A stretch of DNA of 24,939 nucleotides from Abditibacteriaceae bacterium. GTDB taxonomy: Bacteria > Armatimonadota > Abditibacteriia > Abditibacteriales > Abditibacteriaceae. Made by a program: the position numbers and the translations under genes. The stretch lies in contig JANPJS010000319.1 of NCBI GenBank assembly GCA_031425655.1, positions 1 to 24,939 of the forward strand. Reading direction: 5' to 3'. Below are positions 8,343 to 15,950 of the stretch, one piece after another. The first letter of the stretch is position 1. Each line of letters starts with the position of its first letter. The notes beneath the pieces were generated by a model that worked only from the letters and a program-made list of their open reading frames with translations, was not told where the DNA came from and ran no database searches.

Positions 8343-9203
8343 ATGCAACGTCGCCATGTTTTTCTCGCCGGTTTGCTGGTTTTAACTTTGAGCGGAGCGC
8401 GCCTCATCGCGCAGGCTCCGACCGAAAATAGCGACGGCCCGGACGAAGCCGGCAAAGAATTCATGGCTTATCTGGCGCGTCAGGATTTTGACAGCTTGAA
8501 AAATATCGTGGCGCGCGATTCGTTTCGTCAACTCGGCGATGACGGTGTGAATGCGCTGCTCCATGATTTGCGTTTGGTGCCCGACCGCTGGACGGCGACG
8601 ACCGATGAAAAAGGTGACAGCTCCGTAACCCCGATTTTCGACGCAAAACCTGTGGTTTGCCGGAAAGAAGGCCCGTTTTGGCGCGTGGACGCCATCGCAA
8701 CGACCGTGCGCTGGCGAAAATTAGATGCTATCGCCGGGGCGCGGCGCATCGTGCGCGATTATTCGACGCTGCCTCAATTCGGCTCCGAATCACGCGCGAC
8801 GTGCCTGTCTAACCTTCAATCCATCGCTCTGGCAATGCGCCAATATCAGCAGGATTACAAAGACGCTTTTCCGCCCGCACCGCGCTGGAACGAGAGTCTG
8901 GCGCCCTATGTGCGCAATGAAAAAGTGTTTCACTGTCCGGCTGCCGGCAAGCAGGTTTACGGCTACGCCATGAATTCAAAACTTCCCAACCGCCCGCCCG
9001 CCGCCGCGTCGGCCTTAGCCGTCATTTACGAAAGCGCGAGGTTGGAGCGCAACGCTCATGACGCCGGACAGAATTTAGTTTTTCGCCACGAAGAGCGCAC
9101 TCACGCCCTTTTCAGCGATGGCACGGTTCGCCCTTTATTACGGCCTCGCAAACCGCCGTTTCAACTGCCGAAAGGGCCACCCGGCGATAAATCGCCGGGC
9201 TGA
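8343..9203 (+). CDS. Secreted protein with C-terminal DUF1559-like/H-X9-DG domain
   Basis: Signal peptide ending IAQA; CLSNLQSIALAMRQYQQDY, FHCP, YGYAMN and RH-EERTHALFS-DG (H-X9-DG); no prepilin GFTLIE motif. Confidence 0.8.
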   Translation: MQRRHVFLAGLLVLTLSGARLIAQAPTENSDGPDEAGKEFMAYLARQDFDSLKNIVARDSFRQLGDDGVNALLHDLRLVPDRWTATTDEKGDSSVTPIFDAKPVVCRKEGPFWRVDAIATTVRWRKLDAIAGARRIVRDYSTLPQFGSESRATCLSNLQSIALAMRQYQQDYKDAFPPAPRWNESLAPYVRNEKVFHCPAAGKQVYGYAMNSKLPNRPPAAASALAVIYESARLERNAHDAGQNLVFRHEERTHALFSDGTVRPLLRPRKPPFQLPKGPPGDKSPG

Positions 9204-9400
9204 AAGACCAAGCCTCTTCGAGGCTCACCAAAACACCGTTCCTACAGCCCCGCAGCACAGGCGCGTAGCACAGCCCCGCAGGGGCTTTGTATTTCAGCCC
9301 GGCGATTTATCGCCGGGCGGCACAAGCACAAGGAGATGGAGGGAGCGAGTCGCAACGCGGCTCTTGGCACCGCTACCATAGTTTCACCGCGTGATAGGAG
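9172..9400. mobile_element. Family-B MITE copy lacking its left end, with REP-doublet cargo
   Basis: Arms 9176-9208 and 9289-9321 match 17206-17238/17322-17354; 3' part GAGTCGCAACGCG...CCGCTACCA.AGTTTCACCG matches 15423-15476. Confidence 0.85.
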
Positions 9401-9411
9401 TTATCAAGCCA

Positions 9412-9445
9412 AAGCGGCCCGCAGCGAAACTGCTGCGGGCCGCTT
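9412..9445. terminator. Intrinsic terminator-like hairpin between convergent genes
   Basis: AAGCGGCCCGCAGC-GAAACT-GCTGCGGGCCGCTT, perfect 14-bp stem; U-tracts are short. Confidence 0.7.
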
Positions 9446-9459
9446 CGTGTGACGTGAAT

Positions 9460-11382
9460 TTACTCGCCCTTGCTACGGAAAGTCTTGCGACCACCAAGTG
9501 ATAGGCCGAGCAGAACTTGCGAACCGCTGCCTTTGAAATGGTTATAAGTGGCGACTACGTCTAACGCGCTGCTCAGCGTGCGATAAACGCGCACGGCAAA
9601 CTCGCCGGGCTGCCCTACCGATGTTCCCGAATTCGACAAGCGCGCGTGTTCGATGTAAACGTCGAAACCGGTGCGCTCGTAGATAAACGGCAGCGCCACG
9701 CCGATGGTGCGCAGCTTACGGCGGAACGGGTCTTTGCCCACTTCACCGTAAAGCTCGACTTTGTTGCGCACAAGCGGAACTGCGAAATCCAATGTGAAGC
9801 CGGTCGTGCTGGACACGGGCGAATCTTTGTAGCGCAGCATATTCAAGCCGAAGTTGCCGAAGCTTTTTTGCGCCGACAAACGCCCGTAATAACCTTGCTG
9901 ACGGCCCTTGATGTCGTAGGGAATGTAACGCGGAAAAGCGTCGTAGAGGTAGGAAACTTCAAGTCCGTAATCGCGCCCCAATTTCGGCACGAAGCGCAAA
10001 GCGTCCATAACTTCACGGCCACCGGAGCGCACCATCGAGCCGTAAAACGAAGCGCGAATAGGCCCGGCCAAATATCTCTGGCGTCCACCGATGACGGCAA
10101 AACGCTGATCCTGATACGTCAACATGGCCTGTGGAACCACGATGCGGTCGCGCTTCACACGTCCGCCAATGCCGTCGAATTGAAACAATTGCGGCGCCAG
10201 CACAATATCGCCCGCTATTTTGCCCTGCTGTGCAAAAAGATGAAGACGGCCAAAAACACCGCGCAGGCTGTCGCTTCCCACCAAGCCGATGGCGCGATAA
10301 TCTACGCCGCTGATTTTTCCGTTGCCGGCGTCCACTTCCTCGAAGTGCTTGGTCGCCGCGGCCACATCAATATCGGCGCCGGTCGCGGCTGCGCCCGCTG
10401 CGGCTGCCTGATCCGCAACGACGTTAGCTGCGGTTCCGGCATCAGGATTTCCCGTCGCCTGAGCCAACAGCACGCTTTTAGTTGCCTGGGCAGCCATGCT
10501 TGTGATTGCGGGCGCTGCGGAAACAGCAGACGCTGCCGCGCGCGACGGCCCGCCAAGCTGCGAATTGAGGCGCACCACACGGCGCCCGCCCACCAAAGCA
10601 CCGCCGGGCGGAAAAGTCGGCAAAGGCGTCGGCGACACTACGCCACCGGACGGCACAAATGGGTTGGCACCGCTGTTAATGACTTCGGGACTGGCGGTAA
10701 TAAGGTTGGAATCAAGACTGACTTCGGCGGGTGCCAGACGCTCGGAAACCTGACCTCTGGAGCCGGCGAACGGCCCATTTTGCGGCGCTTGCGTCACATC
10801 GCCGCGCGCAACTAAGGGCGGTGCGAGGCCAATTTCCGATATGGTGTTGTCCACATTGGTGCGCACCCAATGCCCGACCGGCACATCCACGGTGCGCGTT
10901 CCATCTTTGTTGCTAACGCTCATCGAGCCGGAATAAAGGCTGTATTCGCCGCTTCCGTCGGGTTTCGCTTCAATGATGGCCACGCTGCCTTTAATTTCAG
11001 CAGCGCCGGTTCCGGTGGAAACGAAGGTTTTACGGTTGCCGGGGACTTTCACTTTCACAAAGAGGATGCGGCCCTTTTCTACGAAGACGCGCGTGGTATC
11101 GGCAGTCAGAGCTTGAATATCCACCGAAGAAAGCTGGCCTAAATTCGCAGTTGAGCCGTCGTCAAAGCGAATACCGGCTCCGCTGCGTTTTCCGGTGCGA
11201 AGCGCATCGCCCGGAGCCAGAGGGGTGCCTTTTTTGGCCGCCGTCCATGCACCGGCGGCTCGCTTATCAACCGCGTTTTGCACAGCGGTGACACTGGCCA
11301 CTTGCGCCTGTGCGCTGTGCGCGGAGATAATTCCGGCGATCCATAACACGCCTGCGCTGATAATTTTGTTTCGAGTGTTCAT
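9460..11382 (-). CDS. Secreted FecR-domain protein with low-complexity linker and probable C-terminal beta-barrel
   Basis: Signal peptide (SAHSAQA), FecR pattern GDALRTG..SGAGIRFDDGST..LG..S, TGAAEIKGS; C-terminal ~280 aa of alternating amphipathic strands; GGAG SD. Confidence 0.82.
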   Translation of the reverse strand: MNTRNKIISAGVLWIAGIISAHSAQAQVASVTAVQNAVDKRAAGAWTAAKKGTPLAPGDALRTGKRSGAGIRFDDGSTANLGQLSSVDIQALTADTTRVFVEKGRILFVKVKVPGNRKTFVSTGTGAAEIKGSVAIIEAKPDGSGEYSLYSGSMSVSNKDGTRTVDVPVGHWVRTNVDNTISEIGLAPPLVARGDVTQAPQNGPFAGSRGQVSERLAPAEVSLDSNLITASPEVINSGANPFVPSGGVVSPTPLPTFPPGGALVGGRRVVRLNSQLGGPSRAAASAVSAAPAITSMAAQATKSVLLAQATGNPDAGTAANVVADQAAAAGAAATGADIDVAAATKHFEEVDAGNGKISGVDYRAIGLVGSDSLRGVFGRLHLFAQQGKIAGDIVLAPQLFQFDGIGGRVKRDRIVVPQAMLTYQDQRFAVIGGRQRYLAGPIRASFYGSMVRSGGREVMDALRFVPKLGRDYGLEVSYLYDAFPRYIPYDIKGRQQGYYGRLSAQKSFGNFGLNMLRYKDSPVSSTTGFTLDFAVPLVRNKVELYGEVGKDPFRRKLRTIGVALPFIYERTGFDVYIEHARLSNSGTSVGQPGEFAVRVYRTLSSALDVVATYNHFKGSGSQVLLGLSLGGRKTFRSKGE

Positions 11383-11499
11383 ATCCCGCTCCGGTGTGCG
11401 CGGATTATACCCGCGCTTGCTGCTGAGGCTTAAATACGTTGGCTATATCATATCACGCCGCGCGGGTTTTTGCCCTGAATCCACGTGTGGAAAGGTTAA

Positions 11500-11682
11500 G
11501 AGTCAGTGCTCAAAAAAAGTTATTCAGTCCGTTGCCATTGAATGGCAAAAAATTGAGTGGCAAAAAAGGGTGAGAAAGTGGGATTTCTCATCCGAAATGC
11601 CATTGACGCCCTTATTTTTTGCCACTCAATTTTTTGCCATCGGGTCGTTTTTACCCCAATAATTTTATTCGAGCACAGACTC
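11500..11682. mobile_element. MITE family A copy 2 (shell inverted relative to copy 1)
   Basis: 25-bp TIRs (21/25), TAA at 11497-11499 and 11683-11685, perfect 26-bp internal inverted repeat 11542-11567/11615-11640. Confidence 0.85.
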
Positions 11683-14180
11683 TAAGATTTCGCATCGCCC
11701 GGCTCGCGCGTGCCGGCAGGCAGCGCCAGCATATCTTCGGCGCCGTCCTCGGCCAATGCCTGAGCGCCCGTCGTGAGTTCGCCGGCAGACGGCGTAATCG
11801 GCGAGGGCAACTGCCGGCCCCAGTGCTTGTCTTGCTCCGGCGCGCCTTTCAAGCCATGCACGATGAAAACTTCCACATCCTGCGATTTGCCTTTGATGGA
11901 AGCGCCTTTTGGTTCGGCCTCAACAATGCCGCCCGCCGCCTCGTAAGTGGCCGCCGAACACATGATCCATGAGCCGAACTCTTTGTTTTTGCCTTCCAAA
12001 CGCGAGGCTAAGTTGACTGTATCGCCCAACGCGGTGTAGTTGAAATGATTGGCTTTTTCGGCTCCGATGGCGCCCGCGATCATTTCGCCGGTATGGACGC
12101 CGACGCGCATATAAAACTCCACGCCGGTTTCCTCGCGGAAGCGGGCGCACTCTTCCTGCATGGCGATGGCGCATAAAAGCGCCTGGGCCGCGTGATCGTA
12201 GCGCGGCAAAGGAAAGCCGAAAAACGCCATCACCGAATCGCCGATATATTTGTCCACGTTGCCGCCGTGTGCGTTGACAATCGTCACCATGCGGTCGAAG
12301 TAATCGTTCAAGGCTTCGACGACTTCTTCCGGCTCGTGCTCTTCCGAGTAACTGGTGAAGCCTTCCAGGTCGGTAAACAGCATCGTCGCCGTCAGACGAC
12401 GCGGGCGCACATATTGGTTTTCCGGCTGCGCCAGAATTTCGTCGCGCACTTCGGGCGACATGAAACTGCCCAATTGGGCGATGGTTTTACGCCGCTCGAT
12501 GGTTTCCGCCGCAAAAAGCAGCATTAAAACCGTCGCCGATGTCAAAGCCGCGCTTACGCCGGGATACACGGTAATAACCCAGAGGTTTTTCACCAGAAAA
12601 AGCATTTTGCCGGCTTGCCAGAACAAAATCAGCGGCAATGAAACCAAAAGCGCGTAAACACTGAACCAGAGCCACGAATGCAGCCACCAGCCCAGTCCAA
12701 CTTTGCTGGCTTTTTTCTGCATCGTGCGCGCCAGATTGTTCACCCAGCCGCGTAATATGACCGTCCACAGGCAGGCGATTAACGACAAACCGTAAATGCT
12801 GGCGATTGTCCAATGCGGCGCGATGGTGCGGATAAAAGCGCCATCAAGGAACATGGCCGCGACCGTGGCATGAAGTTCGACACCGGAAATTTTTGCCTCG
12901 GCGCGTCCAAATCCGCTTTTCCGTGCGCCCTGTTCTAAAAAGAGCGGCATGGAGAAGTTGTCCTTCAAAATATGAGCGGTCGCTCCCACGAAAACGATGC
13001 GGTCTTGAAAATGCTTTTTCAAATCCGCGTCACTGTAACCTGAAGTCCGCACGCGGTTGTTTTCGTCTACTTCCTCGACGCCAAGCACCGCCGAATAAGA
13101 ATACGTGTTAAAGGTGCCGGGTGGCCCCCACCAATGAATGGGCGTTGTGAAATAAACCGGAGAAGTCGGCAATGACGGCAAATTCAAGGTCAGCGGCACG
13201 GGCCGCGCCGCGCCGTTCAGCGTGGGCCAGACGCCCTTTTTCAAAGCGGTTTCGTAGCGACCATCGGGCCGCGCATCCACCATCTTTTGATACGTCGCGG
13301 CGGCTAAAATGCCGACACCACCGATATTCACGCTGCGATCATTAAATTCGCCGCGAAAAGGATAGCGCCGAGCGCTGTCGTCCAAATCATAAGGCAAATA
13401 GTTGATGCCCAAATCGGGAGTTTGCTCATCTAAGCCTAAGCCACTGAATGTTTCGTAGGCTCGCTTTAATTTCGGATCGCTCTGCAATTCCTTGCGATGG
13501 ATTGCCGCCCACTGGTCGTAATCGCTTTGCGCTAATGGCGAATTCAGCGAGATCATCATGGCCGTGGCGGCGGCGCCGGCCCGGCTCTCCTCCATCGTGT
13601 CGAACGAAGGGAGAATCACGTTGCCGGCATCGGCCATTGCTTGCGCTAAGGTCGCGTCTGCAATGATGTCGCGCTTGTCGTTGAAATCGAAGTCGAGGAC
13701 GATGACTTTGGCGCCAGCTTTTTTCAAGCGGCTAACCAGACGGGCGTGCCATTCGCGCGGCCACGGCCAGGTTTCGTAAGAATTGAGCGATTTTTGGTCT
13801 ACTCCGACAATCGCAATTTTGTCATAACAAGCGGGCACGCGCGGCCCGCGATTGGTGAAGCGCGAATCGTAAAGGCGAAGCTCCAGACTTTCCAGATTTT
13901 GCCAGAAAGGCAGCCACCATTCGGCTTCGCGCGCCCGCGCATAGCGCCCCTCGAAGTGCTGAGCTTGCAGCACGAAAAACTGCGAGATGATAAGCGCGAT
14001 GATAATGGCCGCCATTTCGAGCCGGCGCGCTTGAATCCAGGCGCCAAAGTGAAAGCGCAACGAATCGGGCTTTGGCGCGCGAGGCGTGCGCCGCGCACGC
14101 TGGCGATCCGCTTCCGCTTCGGGCAGCGACCGCGTGCCTCTTCGTCCCAGACTCCGGTTTTTGCGAGATTCATCGCTCAT
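11682..14180 (-). CDS. CHASE2-domain transmembrane class III adenylate cyclase
   Basis: CHASE2 motifs IAIVGVDQKSL, WPWPR, DRIVFVGAT, GVELHA; TM helices; cyclase motifs LFTDLEGFT, VDKYIGDSVMAFFG, NYTALGDTVNLASRLE (Lys/Thr pattern of adenylate specificity). Confidence 0.95.
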   Translation of the reverse strand: MSDESRKNRSLGRRGTRSLPEAEADRQRARRTPRAPKPDSLRFHFGAWIQARRLEMAAIIIALIISQFFVLQAQHFEGRYARAREAEWWLPFWQNLESLELRLYDSRFTNRGPRVPACYDKIAIVGVDQKSLNSYETWPWPREWHARLVSRLKKAGAKVIVLDFDFNDKRDIIADATLAQAMADAGNVILPSFDTMEESRAGAAATAMMISLNSPLAQSDYDQWAAIHRKELQSDPKLKRAYETFSGLGLDEQTPDLGINYLPYDLDDSARRYPFRGEFNDRSVNIGGVGILAAATYQKMVDARPDGRYETALKKGVWPTLNGAARPVPLTLNLPSLPTSPVYFTTPIHWWGPPGTFNTYSYSAVLGVEEVDENNRVRTSGYSDADLKKHFQDRIVFVGATAHILKDNFSMPLFLEQGARKSGFGRAEAKISGVELHATVAAMFLDGAFIRTIAPHWTIASIYGLSLIACLWTVILRGWVNNLARTMQKKASKVGLGWWLHSWLWFSVYALLVSLPLILFWQAGKMLFLVKNLWVITVYPGVSAALTSATVLMLLFAAETIERRKTIAQLGSFMSPEVRDEILAQPENQYVRPRRLTATMLFTDLEGFTSYSEEHEPEEVVEALNDYFDRMVTIVNAHGGNVDKYIGDSVMAFFGFPLPRYDHAAQALLCAIAMQEECARFREETGVEFYMRVGVHTGEMIAGAIGAEKANHFNYTALGDTVNLASRLEGKNKEFGSWIMCSAATYEAAGGIVEAEPKGASIKGKSQDVEVFIVHGLKGAPEQDKHWGRQLPSPITPSAGELTTGAQALAEDGAEDMLALPAGTREPGDAKS

Positions 14181-14195
14181 ATGGTTCTGAAAGTT

Positions 14196-14223
14196 AGAGT
14201 ATCAGATTTCGACTCGATGCCAA
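14196..14223 (-). promoter_or_regulatory. Possible sigma70 promoter for the cyclase
   Basis: On the minus strand TTGGCA, 16-nt spacer ending in TGA, then TACTCT. Confidence 0.35.
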
Positions 14224-14228
14224 TTAGC

Positions 14229-15275
14229 TTAGCGAATCGGAGTCGCTTCCGATTCGAGGGCTTCACTTTGAGCAGACACCACGTTGTTGCTTTTATTTTC
14301 AAGAAACAAGTCTCGGATGACTTTTTCGACGGCCACATCTTCGACCGTCAAGTCTTGCACCGGCAGCAACGATAGCAGCGCGCTGACTTGTTCCGGCACT
14401 TGGTCGCGCGGCACGGCGATGGTGATTTGGTGTCCATCCGTTTCCACTTCGGCTGCGATAGCTCTCACCTTCTCCAACTCGGCTGGTGTCGCTTCGCGGC
14501 TCAAAGTGAGGCGAATTGCCCGCCGACTGGCGCCGCCGGCCATTAAGCTGCGCAGTTCGCCATCGAAAACGGTGCGGCCTTCGTTAATGACTACGACTCT
14601 TTTGCACAGCGCTTCAATGTCGCCGGTGTAATGCGAAGTCAGGATGACCGTGGTGCCGGTGCGCTCGTTGTAATCGCGCAGAAATTCGCGCACGCGCACC
14701 TGCGAAACGACATCGAGGCCAATAGTCGGCTCGTCTAAAAACAAAACTTCCGGCGCGTGCAGCAAACTGGCGGCGATTTCACATTTCATGCGCTCGCCGA
14801 GCGATAATTTACGCACCGGGACACGCAAAAGCTCTTTTAGATCGAGTAATTCCGTTAATTCCTCGACTTTGGCGCTGAAGGTGTTGGCGGGAATGTCGTA
14901 AATGTCACGGTTGAGCAGAAACGAATCGTAGGCGGGCAAGTCCCACCACAACTGGTTTTTCTGGCCCAGCACCAGCGAAAAGCGTCGTTGCAGCGCCGCT
15001 TCGCGCTTCCACGGAACGTGTCCCAAAACTTCGACGCGACCGGACGTTGGATGCAAAACACCGGACAGAATCTTCAGCGTCGTCGTTTTTCCGGCCCCGT
15101 TAGGGCCGAGGAATCCCACAAACTCGCCGCGTTCGATGGTGAAAGACACGTCTTCCACCGCCGTTTTGGTTTTGTATTCGCGCTTGAACAATCCGCGCAG
15201 AGAACCGGCTAATCCCGGTTGTTTGACGTGAGTCGTGAAGCGACGCGTGAGATGCGAAACGATAATAGCAGACAC
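14229..15275 (-). CDS. ABC transporter ATP-binding protein (ABC-2/NatA-like)
   Basis: Walker A GPNGAGKTT, LSLGERMK signature, FLDEPTIGLD, TSH. Start placed at GTG 15275; the 15302 start uses the MITE terminal base. Confidence 0.93.
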   Translation of the reverse strand: MSAIIVSHLTRRFTTHVKQPGLAGSLRGLFKREYKTKTAVEDVSFTIERGEFVGFLGPNGAGKTTTLKILSGVLHPTSGRVEVLGHVPWKREAALQRRFSLVLGQKNQLWWDLPAYDSFLLNRDIYDIPANTFSAKVEELTELLDLKELLRVPVRKLSLGERMKCEIAASLLHAPEVLFLDEPTIGLDVVSQVRVREFLRDYNERTGTTVILTSHYTGDIEALCKRVVVINEGRTVFDGELRSLMAGGASRRAIRLTLSREATPAELEKVRAIAAEVETDGHQITIAVPRDQVPEQVSALLSLLPVQDLTVEDVAVEKVIRDLFLENKSNNVVSAQSEALESEATPIR

Positions 15276-15301
15276 GAGCTTCAGTGTAACCTTGTAGCTC
15301 A

Positions 15302-15476
15302 CTCACCTTACGCGGTCGAGGTGTGGTAAGGGCCACCCAGCGATAAATCGCCGGGTGGCCCAAGTGGCACAAGCACAAGGCGATGGGGTTCTCAGGCCTT
15401 TGCTCTGGTTGGTGGAGGCAGTGAGTCGCAACGCGACTCTGGGCACCGCTACCAGAGTTTCACCGTGTAAAGTGAG
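15302..15476. mobile_element. Family-B MITE copy with collapsed single-hairpin cargo
   Basis: Left end CTCACCTTACGCGGT, right end ACCGTGTAAAGTGAG (13/15 complementary); single GGCCACCC.GCGATAAATCGCCGGGTGGCC hairpin at 15331-15360; no clean TSD. Confidence 0.8.
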
Positions 15477-15498
15477 TTATTCACGATAAACAGTCACG

Positions 15499-15528
15499 AA
15501 AAAACCTCCGCTTTTCAGCGGAGGTTTT
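15499..15528 (-). terminator. Rho-independent terminator of the GlsB/YeaQ gene
   Basis: AAAACCTCCGCT-loop-AGCGGAGGTTTT stem with a T6 tract on the minus strand. Confidence 0.85.
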
Positions 15529-15543
15529 AATTGGTGGCAGTTT

Positions 15544-15810
15544 TCAAACTACGCTTCGACGCCCGCCGCCGGTTACAGCGCGCAGAAGCGCAATCAGAAT
15601 ACAGGCGCCGAGGATGCCGAAGATGAGGCCACCGATGCTGAACTCGGTGCCTTGCGGCGCCATACCGACCAGAGGCGCTACAAAACGTCCGATCACGGCG
15701 CCGACTAAGCCAACCACGATGTTCGCCAACGCGCCCATTGACGCATCGGTGCCCATCACTTTCGAGGCAATCCATCCAATAAACGCTCCCGCCAGAATAA
15801 CCCAAAGCAT
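15544..15810 (-). CDS. GlsB/YeaQ/YmgE family (transglycosylase-associated) stress membrane protein
   Basis: MLWVILAGAFIGWIASKVM...NIVVGLVGAVIG...ILGACILI; AAGGAG SD before ATG 15810. Confidence 0.92.
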   Translation of the reverse strand: MLWVILAGAFIGWIASKVMGTDASMGALANIVVGLVGAVIGRFVAPLVGMAPQGTEFSIGGLIFGILGACILIALLRAVTGGGRRSVV

Positions 15811-15950
15811 TGTAAACACGCTCCTTGATTTGCGCTTTTTGAACAACGCGCTTGAAATCCCTTGAGGCAACTTGCGTGCCGGATTTGCATCAGAACAAAC
15901 GCGCCTGTCAAAGCCGGGCGCGAACAACTTTTGTATTTTGTAAATCAACC

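Noticed and set aside
9118..9381. 87-aa ORF similar to the 84-aa ORF at 17154-17408 (apparent paralogous small proteins)
   Set aside because: The similarity comes from the shared DNA repeat; the starts differ and the third copy lacks the frame.
9646..10815. 389-aa plus-strand ORF
   Set aside because: Antisense shadow of the FecR gene; no recognisable motifs.
15295..15483. 7-bp TSD for the 15.3 kb MITE copy
   Set aside because: The flanks TAGCTCA and TTATTCA match at only 4/7 positions.
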